The notes: a model not told the origin generated them from the sequence alone. DNA of 64,000 nt from Pseudomonadales bacterium (GCA_022448085.1 JAKUTH010000004.1:14883-78882); one strand, 5' to 3'; counted from the first letter of the stretch, positions 1 to 10,056 are shown. Program-made: numbers and translations.

Positions 1-1254
1 ATCAAGCATCATCGAATCGAGTTTTCGCACGGGAGTTGAGATGAGCACCATGAGTGCTATCAAGACCACAAAGACCGCTCCACTCGCGATTAGCGATGTC
101 GATATATCGTAAGCATCTGCAATCATGGCTACGGGTAAAACGCCGAGCGGCATCAGCCCATGTGACATCATATCGATGCTCATGATTCGTCCCCGCATAC
201 GCTGGACGACTTGAACCTGTAACAGGCCACGATTAAGAGACATATTCCAGGACGACAACCAGCCAACCAATGCAAGGACAACGACCGCTGTCCATAAATT
301 AGATGCCATCCCGAATAGCACGGTCGAAACACCCCAGCCAAAGCAGGTAACCACAAGCCAAGTGCCTTTGTGTTTGAGGTCACCCGACGCGGCCAACATC
401 AACGAGCCAAGAATTGCGCCAACGCCCATTGCCGAAAGCAGTACGCCCAGATCGTCCGGACCGCCGAGCAAAATATCTTCGTTAAACGCTGGCAACAGCG
501 TGTTAAGCGGCATACCAAACATAAATGGCACGATCGAAAGAAGGATCAGCGCGTACACAGTCGGCTGAGCACGAACGTACTTTAGGCCATCCAGGATTTC
601 GATGAACGGGTGTTTTCGCGTATCGCGCGACCCTGCCCGACCCCGATTGGAGACAAGCAACATGGTGAAAGCCGAAAGGAAATACAACCCCCCGATGACA
701 AGATAAACAATGCCGACGCCAAAGGTGCTAGTGGTATCTCCTGCCGCGATCCATGCGATCAAGAAACCTGCAAATGCTGGCGCCAAGATTCGTGCAAAAT
801 TCATGCTGGTGGTGGTAAGCGCCATTGCGGTGAAGATCAAGCGCTCGTCCACAAGATCCGGAACAAAAGCATTTCGAGCTGGAAACGATAGCGCCAACAC
901 GATTCCGTTAAACAGCCCAAACGCAATGAAATCCCAGAAACCCACGTTCCCCGATAGGATGAATAAGGCCATGATGAGCGTTGCGATGGCATTTAAGGAT
1001 TGAGCCGCCACAAGTACCGATTTCTTTGAAACCCGATCAGCAAGGACCCCGCCCCACAACGAAAATAGTACTTGGGGAATCATGAAGGACATGGTGACCC
1101 ATCCAAGGTCGACCGCAGAGGAAGTCAATTCGTAAACGAACCAACCTCGTGCGACCTGTTGCATGTTCATCGCGAATGAGGAGCCCAAGCTGCCAAGCCA
1201 CAACCAACGGAAATCGGCCTGTGAAAGCGCCGTATAAATATCCCGAAAAGCCAG
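1..1254 (-). CDS. MFS transporter (12-TM type, PF05977-like), 3' end runs off the left edge of the window
   Basis: My own reverse-strand translation is open from about 1260 to position 1. It reads ...LAFRDIYTALSQADFRWLWLGSLGSSFAMNMQQVARGWLVYELT...GGVLADRVSKK..., which is hydrophobic with an MFS-like N-terminus and loop. It is absent from the ORF track because it is edge-truncated. There is no in-frame ATG near the N-terminus, so the start is uncertain; CTG at 1254 is the only candidate after the in-frame stop at 1267-1269. Confidence 0.6.
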   Translation of the reverse strand, partial: MAFRDIYTALSQADFRWLWLGSLGSSFAMNMQQVARGWFVYELTSSAVDLGWVTMSFMIPQVLFSLWGGVLADRVSKKSVLVAAQSLNAIATLIMALFILSGNVGFWDFIAFGLFNGIVLALSFPARNAFVPDLVDERLIFTAMALTTTSMNFARILAPAFAGFLIAWIAAGDTTSTFGVGIVYLVIGGLYFLSAFTMLLVSNRGRAGSRDTRKHPFIEILDGLKYVRAQPTVYALILLSIVPFMFGMPLNTLLPAFNEDILLGGPDDLGVLLSAMGVGAILGSLMLAASGDLKHKGTWLVVTCFGWGVSTVLFGMASNLWTAVVVLALVGWLSSWNMSLNRGLLQVQVVQRMRGRIMSIDMMSHGLMPLGVLPVAMIADAYDISTSLIASGAVFVVLIALMVLISTPVRKLDSMMLD

Positions 1255-1338
1255 AGTCGTCTTAGATCAGCGGGCGACCCCGGAGTCTAACACGCGATCC
1301 CGTCCAACTCGGTCTCGATCCCGTGACGATCGACCAGC

Positions 1339-2181
1339 TCAGTAATCAAGCCGGTACGAATCACCATCGCGCACCAACTTTCCTGCCGTTGGACCGGAAA
1401 AGTGAGTACCAATGACCAGTACCGGACGATCTGCATACAAATCTAAAAAACGGGCGCGTGTCGACGCGCTCTGGTCCGGGTCAACATCTGCCGTCGTCGA
1501 CCAATCTGGGTGGGCTATTTGACAGGGATGGTGGACCATATCCCCAGTAATGAAGGCCTCTTCACCTTGAGAAGTAATGTGCACACTGACGTGCCCGGGT
1601 GTGTGGCCAGGCGTCGATTCAAGTCGTACCTCAGTCGTGACCTGATGATCACTTGACACAAGATCAGCTAACCCAGCATCAAAAATGGGTCGCACCGAAT
1701 CGTCAATCACGGGTCCGTATTCGGCCTGGCTTTCGTTTTGCCAATGTGCCCATTCTTCTTCTGCGTAAAGGTAACGAGCGTTAGGAAAAGTCGCCTCCCA
1801 TGCCCCACCGACCAGACGCGTATTCCAACCAACGTGATCCACATGCATATGCGTGCACAAAACCGTATCAACGGTGTCGCGATCAAATCCTGCGGCAGCG
1901 AAATCGTCCAGAAACGATGACTGCATCTGGTGCCACTTCGGGTAGGTGCGGTCTTTGTCATTACCGATGCACGTGTCAACGACAAGGGTCTGACTCTCTG
2001 TCTCAATAATCAAACTATGGAACGAAAGGACGAGCTTGTGATCGTCGTTCACGAACGGTCCGATCCAATCGATTGCCTTGATACGATCTTCGGTGGCTTG
2101 CGGCAATATATGGTTACCAACGGTTGATGAGGTCAGTTCAACCACCCGCGTGATCGTGGCATCACCAATTCGCCACTTCAT
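1339..2181 (-). CDS. MBL-fold metallo-hydrolase
   Basis: 280 aa ORF with the HxHxDH zinc motif (THMHVDHVGW) and later His/Asp ligands (TPGHTPGH, TGDMVHH). Confidence 0.8.
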   Translation of the reverse strand: MKWRIGDATITRVVELTSSTVGNHILPQATEDRIKAIDWIGPFVNDDHKLVLSFHSLIIETESQTLVVDTCIGNDKDRTYPKWHQMQSSFLDDFAAAGFDRDTVDTVLCTHMHVDHVGWNTRLVGGAWEATFPNARYLYAEEEWAHWQNESQAEYGPVIDDSVRPIFDAGLADLVSSDHQVTTEVRLESTPGHTPGHVSVHITSQGEEAFITGDMVHHPCQIAHPDWSTTADVDPDQSASTRARFLDLYADRPVLVIGTHFSGPTAGKLVRDGDSYRLDY

Positions 2182-2254
2182 CTGTCGTCCTTTGCTTCTG
2201 TCTACAATCCGTCACACTATAACGTGCTGAGCGCGAATCAAATGGGGAACTGCC

Positions 2255-3049
2255 ATGACCGAGCCGAGCCGATACGGCGATGCTGAAATTACGCGAGACG
2301 GTCACGTGGCAATCGCAGAAATTCGCCGGCCCCCGAACAACTTCTTCGATGTCGATCTAATCAACGCACTGGTTGCGGCGTTCCGCGATCTCGACGAGGA
2401 CCCCGAGTGCCGCGCCATTGTTCTCTGTTCGGAAGGGAAACACTTCTGTGCGGGTAACGATTTTTCCAGGTCCACGGGCCAGTCTGAACGAACTGAGCGA
2501 GACGTCTCCCAGGGAAATCCGCTCTATTCTGCAGCCGTCGATTTATTCTCCTGCAAGAAGCCCGTTGTCGGTGCTATCCAAGGAGCAGCCGTGGGTGGTG
2601 GATTCGGTTTGGCACTAGTGCCCGATTTTCGAGTCGTCTGCCGCGAGGCTCGATTTACCGCGAATTTTGTCAAGCTCGGCTTTCATCCCGGCTTCGGCTT
2701 GACCCACACGCTGCCAAAACTCATCGGACAGCAAAAAGCGAACAACATGTTCTTAACGGGGAAACGAATCGATGGCGAAACAGCTCACGACTGGGGCTTG
2801 GGTGACGTCCTAACTGATCGGGAGAACGTACGGTCCGAAGCCATCTCATTGGCGTCTGAGATTGCGGAGAATGCTCCGCTAGCTGTGCTTTCTGTGCGAG
2901 CCACCATGCGAGCCGGATTGGCAGAATCCGTCAAAGACCAAACCGACCACGAATTCTTAGAGCAGCAACGGCTTCAGCAGACTGAAGATCATCGCGAAGG
3001 TGTCCGAGCGGTCGCCGAACGTCGCGCAGGGAACTTTAACGGTCGGTAA
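2255..3049 (+). CDS. enoyl-CoA hydratase/isomerase (crotonase) family protein
   Basis: 264 aa with a crotonase-like oxyanion region (FCAGNDF ... GAAVGGGFGLAL). Divergent from the MBL gene. Confidence 0.85.
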   Translation: MTEPSRYGDAEITRDGHVAIAEIRRPPNNFFDVDLINALVAAFRDLDEDPECRAIVLCSEGKHFCAGNDFSRSTGQSERTERDVSQGNPLYSAAVDLFSCKKPVVGAIQGAAVGGGFGLALVPDFRVVCREARFTANFVKLGFHPGFGLTHTLPKLIGQQKANNMFLTGKRIDGETAHDWGLGDVLTDRENVRSEAISLASEIAENAPLAVLSVRATMRAGLAESVKDQTDHEFLEQQRLQQTEDHREGVRAVAERRAGNFNGR

Positions 3050-3056
3050 TTGATCC

Positions 3057-4445
3057 TCACACCGACGCGCGGCGGGCATCCAATACACTTCGAATCTCTG
3101 CGTACGCATGTTCGTTTAGTTTGAACCGCCGAAAAAGCATCGCGCCAATTGCATAGCAAACCAGCGGAAACAGGCTATAGAGCGAAACGATTGCAATTTG
3201 CGTTTGCATCGACTGCACCTCATTTGGCACGAAACCAGCCGCTTGCAGCACGAATCCGGTCAACATCAGCATCGCACCCATCGCGCACTTGTATACGAAA
3301 TTCCATGCCGCAAAGTAGGTCCCTTCTTTGCGTTCTCCCGTGACGTACTCGTCGTAATCGATGACGTCACCCTGAATGGAGGCGCTTATCGTGCCACCGC
3401 AGCCTGCGGCGAGCCCCGCGAAGACGGCGAGCACTATCATCGTAATCAGCCGGACATCAACCGTGTCTAGAAACGGGAGGACGAACATGCCGCCAAACGA
3501 TACGCCGGTTAGCAACATCGAAAAAAACCATAGTTGTTTTTTGCCGTACCGGCGTGACAACGGTATCCAGAGTGGTACAGAAAAGGCCGAAGGGATCATG
3601 TACGACAAAATAATGAGGGGGGCCCACGCCGCAGCGCCAACCACATACTGTGCGACATAGAGCGTCAACACCCCTATTGCTGCCGAACCAACGTTTTCGA
3701 TGAACGTCACGATAATTAATAATCGTGCGTGCGGATTCCGAACCACGTCCGCAAATGCCCGAAACGGTTTCTCGTTGACCCGCCCTTGAAAATCGACCCG
3801 CTCGCGGAGCCTAATCACCGCGAATCCAATCAGCAACGCCATCACAACCGTTGCGACAATCGCCAGCTCGCGTGCGGTTTGTCGCACCACAGCCTCGCCC
3901 TGGTCTTCCGCCCAAATAAGGACTTGGAAACTCGCCAGACACAGTATTGAACCGAACGTATAAAACGCGTGTCGGATGCCGAAAAGCCTACTGCGTTCGT
4001 GATAGTCATCCGACAGTTCCGCGCCGAGAGATAGATGAGGGACGAAAAAGACCGTCATGACCGAGTAAAACCCAATCACCGCCACTGCCATCCAACCGAC
4101 CAGTGCAGCTTCAGATAACTCCGCGGGAGGCGAGAACACCATCACGAATGCTGCTCCGATAGGAATAACGCTGGCGGCCATCCACGTACGACGACGACCG
4201 AAGGAACCGACCGTTCGATCGCTTAGGTAACCAACGAGCGGGTCCGAAATCGCGTCCCAAACCCGCGAAATACTAAAGATAATCCCCATCACTGCCGGCG
4301 CGATCATCAGCACGTCCGTCGAGAACTTCATGACGTATAAACCGACGAGTAGGTACATGTAACCTGCACCGACGGTTGGGGCACCGTATGCAAATACCGT
4401 CCTCCAGGGAACTCGCCCCCGACGTCGCTCCAACGTCGTATTCAC
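3057..4445 (-). CDS. GPH-family (MelB-like) glycoside/cation symporter-type MFS transporter
   Basis: Polytopic protein with a GPH-like N-terminus (FAYGAPTVGAGYMYLLVGLYVMKFSTDVL...DPLVGYLSDRT). The track ORF (to 4655) overlaps the upstream SDR. A GTG at 4445-4443 overlaps the SDR stop (GTGA) and gives a family-typical length of about 462 aa. Confidence 0.75.
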   Translation of the reverse strand: MNTTLERRRGRVPWRTVFAYGAPTVGAGYMYLLVGLYVMKFSTDVLMIAPAVMGIIFSISRVWDAISDPLVGYLSDRTVGSFGRRRTWMAASVIPIGAAFVMVFSPPAELSEAALVGWMAVAVIGFYSVMTVFFVPHLSLGAELSDDYHERSRLFGIRHAFYTFGSILCLASFQVLIWAEDQGEAVVRQTARELAIVATVVMALLIGFAVIRLRERVDFQGRVNEKPFRAFADVVRNPHARLLIIVTFIENVGSAAIGVLTLYVAQYVVGAAAWAPLIILSYMIPSAFSVPLWIPLSRRYGKKQLWFFSMLLTGVSFGGMFVLPFLDTVDVRLITMIVLAVFAGLAAGCGGTISASIQGDVIDYDEYVTGERKEGTYFAAWNFVYKCAMGAMLMLTGFVLQAAGFVPNEVQSMQTQIAIVSLYSLFPLVCYAIGAMLFRRFKLNEHAYAEIRSVLDARRASV

Positions 4446-5218
4446 GCGTTTCTGATGGTCAACCCACCGTCGACGGGTAGTGCAACGCCAGTGACGTAAC
4501 CGGCTGCAGGAAGAACCAAACTTAGGGTCATGTGAGCGACTTCCTCGGGGTCCGCATACCGTTTGAGTGCTACTCGCCGACGCGCAAATTCTTGTTTTTG
4601 CTCTTCTGGTATCCCGTCCGTAAGGCCGGTTCTTATCGGGCCCGGACAGATGCAATTCACGGTGATGTCCTCGGTTCCAAACTCCACCGCCAGTGAACGT
4701 GTTAAACCTAGGACGCCCGTTTTAGCTGCACTGTATGCGCTCGCGTGCTTGGTCGCTCCCAATCCCTCCGTCGACGCGATATTGACGATCCGACCGCCAT
4801 TGGCTTTTCGTAGGAACGGCAACGCGGCACGGATTATACGGACGTGAGCCGTAATCAGTACGTCTTGCCCACGCTGCCAGACGGTCTCGTAATCGTCATC
4901 ATCCACGGGCGCACCTGCACCAATTCCGGCATTATTAATAACGATGTCGATGCCGCCAAAGTGCTCAGCGATTTCAGGTACGACTCGTTCGATGGCTTCC
5001 CGATCCGAAACATCAAGGGGCCATCCTCGCACCGGATAACCGGCTTCGCTGATTTCTTCAACGACCTGCTCCAACGGATCTTCGTTAATGTCGGTTACCG
5101 CCACCAACGCCCCTTGCTCAGCGAACAAGCAAGCAGTTGACCGGCCCATACCGCTGGCAGCGCCAGTGATGATGGCGACCTTCCCTTCGATCGACCGGCT
5201 AAGTTTGGTTAATTTCAT
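4442..5218 (-). CDS. SDR-family oxidoreductase (3-oxoacyl-ACP reductase-like)
   Basis: 258 aa with the TGAASGMG cofactor motif, NNAG, and the YSAAK catalytic Tyr/Lys. Confidence 0.9.
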   Translation of the reverse strand: MKLTKLSRSIEGKVAIITGAASGMGRSTACLFAEQGALVAVTDINEDPLEQVVEEISEAGYPVRGWPLDVSDREAIERVVPEIAEHFGGIDIVINNAGIGAGAPVDDDDYETVWQRGQDVLITAHVRIIRAALPFLRKANGGRIVNIASTEGLGATKHASAYSAAKTGVLGLTRSLAVEFGTEDITVNCICPGPIRTGLTDGIPEEQKQEFARRRVALKRYADPEEVAHMTLSLVLPAAGYVTGVALPVDGGLTIRNA

Positions 5219-5308
5219 TGCATCCTCCCGAGCAATCGATTATTGCCCATCCTGTCCCGATATACAGTTATCGAGGCGGCCTAATTACGGCTGTCGTGCA
5301 GCGTCCGC

Positions 5309-5337
5309 TTGTTCGGCCCGCACACGACGCATAGAAT
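5309..5337 (+). promoter_or_regulatory. putative sigma70 promoter for tRNA-Lys
   Basis: TTGTTC (5309-5314), a 17-nt spacer, then TAGAAT (5332-5337). A GC-rich discriminator (GCGCGG) follows, about 20 nt upstream of the tRNA 5' end. Pattern match only. Confidence 0.4.
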
Positions 5338-5356
5338 GCGCGGTTTCGTGGCCCAG

Positions 5357-5432
5357 GGGTCGTTAGCTCAGTTGGTAGAGCACCGGGCTTTTAACCCGAT
5401 GGTCCTGGGTTCGAGCCCCAGGCGGCCCACCA
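5357..5432 (+). tRNA. tRNA-Lys (anticodon UUU), CCA encoded
   Basis: A 76-nt cloverleaf: acceptor GGGTCGT/GCGGCCC, D arm AGCTCAGTTGGTAGAGC, anticodon loop CTTTTAA, T arm CTGGGTTCGAGCCCCAG, then a 3' ACCA. It is near-identical in the arms to the E. coli tRNA-Lys as I recall it. Confidence 0.95.
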
Positions 5433-5454
5433 CCACGCCACCACGGAACCACAT

Positions 5455-6066
5455 TTGGATTGGGCAGCACGAAACTTCATCTTGAGAGCTCGAAACGGGC
5501 CCACGGCGCCCCGCTTTTCCCTCGACAACCTGCCTTCAGCCAATCACCTAGAAGTCGTCGCTCAATCCATCGCGAACGCTCTCTTTTATGCCAATCAACA
5601 CCGTTTCGACACGTCGATCTGGGTCGTTCTCGAGGGACCTCCTTGCCCACCACGCGTGCTTGCCTACCGAGGCGATTCCATCGGCTCGCTCGGGGGGTTT
5701 GACGAGCGCTCCATCGCAGCTTCGATGCGCACTGCCCTCGCCCAAGGAACGCGTCTCGGTCGTGACGAAACGGTCATTTGTGAAAGCGGTATCGAAGTCA
5801 CGCATCGTAGTTTTGAGTCAATGATCAAAGCTGCAGCGATTCCCGGCTTTTATTACCTAGACAAAAAAGGATCCGATATACGTGAGGCCTCGTTCGCCTC
5901 ACCGGCGATCTTTGTATTGAGCGATCACAAATCGATGCCGCGTAAGAGCACGCACTACCTCGCACGGCTCGGAGGCCGCCCCATCGCTTTGGGGCCTAAG
6001 ACTATTTTTGCAAGCCAATGTGTTGTGTTAGTTCACAACGATCTCGACCGCCAAGCGATTCAGTAG
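5455..6066 (+). CDS. SPOUT-class methyltransferase, TrmY/DUF358 (tRNA pseudouridine54 N1-methyltransferase-like)
   Basis: 203 aa. The N-terminus ([40 protein letters not shown]...[18 protein letters not shown]) and C-terminus ([10 protein letters not shown]...[23 protein letters not shown]) align by eye with archaeal Mj1640-type TrmY. Confidence 0.65.
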   Translation: MDWAARNFILRARNGPTAPRFSLDNLPSANHLEVVAQSIANALFYANQHRFDTSIWVVLEGPPCPPRVLAYRGDSIGSLGGFDERSIAASMRTALAQGTRLGRDETVICESGIEVTHRSFESMIKAAAIPGFYYLDKKGSDIREASFASPAIFVLSDHKSMPRKSTHYLARLGGRPIALGPKTIFASQCVVLVHNDLDRQAIQ

Positions 6067-6749
6067 TATCGCGTGGGGTCGACCACGCCCGCTGATTGAA
6101 ACCCCCCCCTGCGGATACGACAACTATCGCATCGTCCGCAAGCCTCACCATCTCGATTAGGTTGATAGCATGAGACCGTGTTCCCATAGTTCACTCCGAG
6201 CTGCAGTCCTTTTGCGATGATGTCAGCCTTCGGCAATTCGATGAGGGGTGCATGAACCGTAAACCTACTCCCTTCGACCCCAGCTCGAGTCGCCAGATTA
6301 GCTAGCTTTTCAAACCCTTGGATGAACTCAATACGGCAGTCCGGGTAGCCCGAATAATCCACTGCGTTGACGCCGATGAAGAGATCGTGCGCACCCAGCA
6401 CCTCGGCCCAAGCAAGCCCTAACGATAAGAACACGGTGTTTCGTGCCGGCACATAGGTCACGGGAATACCTGTCGTCGGTGCCTCCGGTACCTCTATCGC
6501 TGCATCAGTTAAAGCCGACCCACCAAATTCAGAAAGATCAATCGAAACAACACGGTGCTCTTTAACACGAGCGGATACCGCAATTTTTCGGGCCGCTTCT
6601 AACTCGATGGCATGCCGTTGACCATAAAAAAAAGACAGCGCGTAACACTCGAATCCCCGGTCATTCGCTATCGCCAGCGTCGTCGCGGAATCAAGGCCGC
6701 CTGACAGAAGTACGACGCCGATCGTCAACGACCTGTCTCGTCGCCCCAA
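6060..6749 (-). CDS. queC: 7-cyano-7-deazaguanine synthase
   Basis: 229 aa with the PP-loop LLSGGLDS and a C-terminal Zn cluster (CGRCDSC). Located next to queE. Confidence 0.93.
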   Translation of the reverse strand: MGRRDRSLTIGVVLLSGGLDSATTLAIANDRGFECYALSFFYGQRHAIELEAARKIAVSARVKEHRVVSIDLSEFGGSALTDAAIEVPEAPTTGIPVTYVPARNTVFLSLGLAWAEVLGAHDLFIGVNAVDYSGYPDCRIEFIQGFEKLANLATRAGVEGSRFTVHAPLIELPKADIIAKGLQLGVNYGNTVSCYQPNRDGEACGRCDSCRIRRGGFQSAGVVDPTRYY

Positions 6750-7378
6750 AGAACTTTATGCAGTTGTATCTGAAAACGTACGTCCAACCGATCCGCGAGG
6801 ATCCACTCGGCAAGGTGCCTAGCATTCTGCTCAGATGCTGATGGAGAGAACAGTACCTCGCCAACGTGCGCGGTGAGGTCGTGCTCCGTACAGATGTCCT
6901 TTGCCCAGCAATAATCGCGTCGGTCACAGATCACAAATTTCACCTGATCACTTTCCCGCAATGCAGCGACGTTTGAAAAGAGATTCCGATCCAATTCTCC
7001 GGATCCTGGAGTTTTAAAATCTACAACTCGACTCACCCTTGGATCGACGGCGGTGATATCCATCGCTCCGCTAGTTTCGAGTGACACCAGGTAACCCCGA
7101 TTACACAATGCGGCAAGCAAGCCAAGTACCCTCGGTTGTGCCAGCGGTTCACCCCCAGTCACCGTTACGTGTCGCACGCCAAGTTCATCTACGCGATTAA
7201 GAATGGCATCTAACGCAAGCGTTGAGCCACCATGAAACGCATACGCGGTATCGCAATACTGGCAACGAAGTGGACACCCGGTCAGCCGAATAAAGACTGT
7301 AGGCCTGCCGACGCTCCTCGATTCACCCTGCACTGAGAGAAAAATCTCCGTGACGCGAAGCGTCTCGGTCTCTGACAC
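6725..7378 (-). CDS. queE: 7-carboxy-7-deazaguanine synthase (radical SAM)
   Basis: Contains EIFLSVQGE and [10 protein letters not shown] motifs. The track ORF (to 7507) overlaps cpoB. A GTG at 7378-7376 lies just after the cpoB stop (7383) and gives about 217 aa. Confidence 0.9.
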   Translation of the reverse strand: MSETETLRVTEIFLSVQGESRSVGRPTVFIRLTGCPLRCQYCDTAYAFHGGSTLALDAILNRVDELGVRHVTVTGGEPLAQPRVLGLLAALCNRGYLVSLETSGAMDITAVDPRVSRVVDFKTPGSGELDRNLFSNVAALRESDQVKFVICDRRDYCWAKDICTEHDLTAHVGEVLFSPSASEQNARHLAEWILADRLDVRFQIQLHKVLWGDETGR

Positions 7379-7382
7379 GGCG

Positions 7383-8168
7383 CTAGAGGTACTCGGCTGC
7401 GTACGATTTGGCGAGATCACCGACCGTTCCCGGATGGTTTTTGATGACTCGATCAAGATAATCGCGTGCCCGCACGGTATCGCCCAACTGATGGTAAACC
7501 TTGCCAAGTTTGTATAGCGCGTCAGGTACTTTCGCGTGATCCGGGTATAAGGTGACCACCTGTACGAATGACTGCCGCGCTTTTTCTAGATCGTCAGTGG
7601 CGTGATGTAGTTCCCCCAACCAATAAAATGCGTTGGGAGTCCACTGTCCGTTCGGGTATTCAACGATAAATTGATCGAAAGCGACAATGGCGTCATCAAA
7701 CCTACGCTCACTTGTAAGCGCGTACGCGCTTTCATATGAACCGCGTTCTGTACCGGTAGGATCGATAATGGGCGGCAACGGCGGAATATCCGTCTCGTCA
7801 TGCAGTTCCGTCGCAACATCTATCGCCCGAAGTTCGCGAAACCGTCGGTCAATGTCAGTGTATCGTCGATTCTGTTCCCGCGTAAGCCGATCGACTCGAT
7901 AAATCTGCTCCTCAAGCATGCCCCGAACGATTGCCAGTTCTTCTTGTAAAACCTGTAACTGATAAAAGAGTGCCGCTAACCCAGGATTGTTACTCTCAGT
8001 ATCGTCAGCGGATTCGACGCTCGAGTTCCGTTCCGGGGTTTGATCTACGAGCGGAGCCGCACCGTTTGCATCAACGATCGCGTAACCGAACAGAGTGCAC
8101 AAAAACAAGGGCAGAACCTTCGTTCCACACCTTCTTTTTTGTGTCTTGTCTGTTCGCACTGCGAACAA
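7383..8168 (-). CDS. cpoB: Tol-Pal system protein YbgF/CpoB (TPR)
   Basis: 261 aa with a signal peptide, a coiled-coil and C-terminal TPR repeats (FYWLGELH..., ALYKLGKVY). It sits in the position after pal. Confidence 0.88.
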   Translation of the reverse strand: MFAVRTDKTQKRRCGTKVLPLFLCTLFGYAIVDANGAAPLVDQTPERNSSVESADDTESNNPGLAALFYQLQVLQEELAIVRGMLEEQIYRVDRLTREQNRRYTDIDRRFRELRAIDVATELHDETDIPPLPPIIDPTGTERGSYESAYALTSERRFDDAIVAFDQFIVEYPNGQWTPNAFYWLGELHHATDDLEKARQSFVQVVTLYPDHAKVPDALYKLGKVYHQLGDTVRARDYLDRVIKNHPGTVGDLAKSYAAEYL

Positions 8169-8172
8169 GCAC

Positions 8173-8724
8173 TTACCGATAAATCACTACCGCGCGCCTA
8201 TTCTTACTCCACGCGGACTCATCGTGTCCGGGGTCGTCTGGGCGTTCTTCGCCGTAGCTGACCATTTCAATTTGGGATCGTCGAACTCCGGCTGATGTCA
8301 AAAAACTACTCACCGCATTGCCGCGACGTTCACCTAACGCAAGGTTGTATTCGCGTGTACCACGCTCATCACAGTGCCCTTCAATGACCAAACGACGATC
8401 ACGATTCCGAGTCAAAATGTTCGCGTGCATCTCAAGAAGGCGCAAATCGCGGGCGGAAAGTCTGGCCTGATCTAGTTCAAAGTAAAACTTAGTCGCCAAG
8501 ATTCGACCACTCGGCGTGAGGGGTCGGCTACGGCTATCAAAATCAGTCGATTCCGGTTCGGCTTGAACAGATTCCGATTGCACAGGTTGCGATTGCACAG
8601 GCACAACATCAACCGGTGCCGCAGGTTGAGCGGCCGGCTCGGGTTCCTGTTGACTGGCGCAACCCACAAGAATCAGCGCGCCCACAACCCACAACGCCAC
8701 GTTGTACCTTCTGACCTGCCTCAT
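8173..8724 (-). CDS. pal: peptidoglycan-associated lipoprotein Pal
   Basis: 183 aa with the lipobox LVGCAS, a P/Q/E-rich linker and an OmpA-like domain (GHCDERGTREYNLALGERR). Confidence 0.93.
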   Translation of the reverse strand: MRQVRRYNVALWVVGALILVGCASQQEPEPAAQPAAPVDVVPVQSQPVQSESVQAEPESTDFDSRSRPLTPSGRILATKFYFELDQARLSARDLRLLEMHANILTRNRDRRLVIEGHCDERGTREYNLALGERRGNAVSSFLTSAGVRRSQIEMVSYGEERPDDPGHDESAWSKNRRAVVIYR

Positions 8725-8745
8725 CGTTCCTCTCTCCTCATCAAT

Positions 8746-10056
8746 CTAAAATCCACGAGTTGCGGACAGTGTATCGAGGTACGGTGACCAGGATGGTTCC
8801 CGGACATCTCCTGCCGACGACGGTAATTTGTACTTGACCTGACCATCGATGGACACTACGGCCAGTATACCTCGGCCCTGGTCCTGAGTCGCATATATCA
8901 ACATGGTTCCGTTCGGCGCTAGCGACGGCGATTCATCCAACGACGTTTCCGTCAATATCCGGGGATCTTCGTCAGTTTCAAGATCTTGCCACGCGATGTG
9001 ATAAATACCTTCACGCCGGTGCACGTACACGAGATGCCGCCCGTCGGGGAGCAGCCGGGCACGGGCATTGTAATCACCTTGATACGTCAGCCTTTCGGTC
9101 AACGACGTCCGTAAATCGACCCGGTAAATCTGTGGTCGACCGCCACGATCCGATGTGAAAATAAGACTCTTCCCATCGGGCGTCCAGCCAGGTTCCGTAT
9201 CGATGGCCGATAGGTGGCGCGTTACCCGTCGAGGTCTACGCGCGGGCGTCGCGATCTCCATGGTATAGATTTCGGGATTTCCGTCCCTCGACAACACCAT
9301 CGCCAATTCTCTCCCATCCGGCGAAAAGGCCGGTGCACTATTAAGACCTGGATAGGAGGGAAGGCGCTGGCGAACGTTACTCTCAAGTTCCTGAATAACA
9401 ATCGCCGGTCTACCGGTCTCAAAGGAAACGTATGCAATTCGTCGACCATCGGGGGACCAACTAGGCGATAGCAGAGGTTCCGACGTCTCAAAAAGAGTCC
9501 GCGGACGTTCACCGTCCGAATCCGCCATCTCCAGTTTGTAGCGCGCGTACGAGGTTCCAATGTTTTCGACGAGGACATATAGAATTCGCGTCGAAAAAGC
9601 ACCTCGAATACCCGTTATTTCTTCATACACGTCATCCGCGATTCGGTGCGCTATGTCGCGCATACGATCTCGGGGCGCCGTGATTTCACCCGATTTCACC
9701 TCGCGTTCGGCACTCACATCAAACAAGCGGTACGTCACCGTGATCCCACCGTCCACCCGGCTAAGATGACGTCCGATAAGCAAGTACTCCATACCCAATA
9801 TCCGCCAATCACGAAAGTAAACATCTTCTGGTTGGGATGGGTAGGAGAGCATGTTTTCTTTCTCAATAGGCGAAAATTGCCCGCTTCGTATCAGGTCAAA
9901 CGAAATAACTCCGGAGATATCGCCCGCCGAATTAGACGACGCAAATGGGACAACGGCGATCGGGATGGGGTTGTCGTTTCCGCGGTCGATAACGATTTCT
10001 AGGGCATCTAAGCCCTGCAGGGAAGTGAATACCGCCCACCAGATCACTTTTTTCAA
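8746..10056 (-). CDS. tolB: Tol-Pal system beta-propeller protein TolB
   Basis: 436 aa with repeated SPSWSPDG / PAFSPDG / PGWTPDG propeller blades. Synteny supports the call. Confidence 0.93.
   Translation of the reverse strand: MKKVIWWAVFTSLQGLDALEIVIDRGNDNPIPIAVVPFASSNSAGDISGVISFDLIRSGQFSPIEKENMLSYPSQPEDVYFRDWRILGMEYLLIGRHLSRVDGGITVTYRLFDVSAEREVKSGEITAPRDRMRDIAHRIADDVYEEITGIRGAFSTRILYVLVENIGTSYARYKLEMADSDGERPRTLFETSEPLLSPSWSPDGRRIAYVSFETGRPAIVIQELESNVRQRLPSYPGLNSAPAFSPDGRELAMVLSRDGNPEIYTMEIATPARRPRRVTRHLSAIDTEPGWTPDGKSLIFTSDRGGRPQIYRVDLRTSLTERLTYQGDYNARARLLPDGRHLVYVHRREGIYHIAWQDLETDEDPRILTETSLDESPSLAPNGTMLIYATQDQGRGILAVVSIDGQVKYKLPSSAGDVREPSWSPYLDTLSATRGF

Noticed and set aside
1339-2181. 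Calling the MBL-fold protein an N-acyl-homoserine lactonase (quorum quenching).
   Set aside because: The HxHxDH motif is shared by the whole metallo-beta-lactamase superfamily. Nothing in the sequence that I can evaluate by eye discriminates an AHL lactonase.
4446-4655. 5' extensions of the longest-ORF calls: GPH transporter to 4655, queE to 7507, prpE-like to 23048, ABC exporter to 26260, hisC from 33922, biotin carboxylase to 45246, metY to 60448 and the SDR from 56268.
   Set aside because: The extensions overlap the neighbouring gene, translate to Arg-rich junk, and precede internal starts that reproduce family N-termini. These internal starts often form 4-nt start-stop overlaps with the upstream gene.
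5357-6100. Possible genomic island at the 3' end of tRNA-Lys.
   Set aside because: There is no integrase, and I see no direct repeat of the tRNA 3' end near the queC junction. Only one gene lies between the tRNA and queC. I kept it only as a single-gene acquisition hypothesis.
8563-8610. Short tandem DNA repeat (GATTGCACAGG twice) on the plus strand.
   Set aside because: It lies inside pal and simply encodes the repetitive P/V/Q/S linker (PVQSQPVQSESVQ) between the lipobox and the OmpA-like domain. It is not an independent repeat element.
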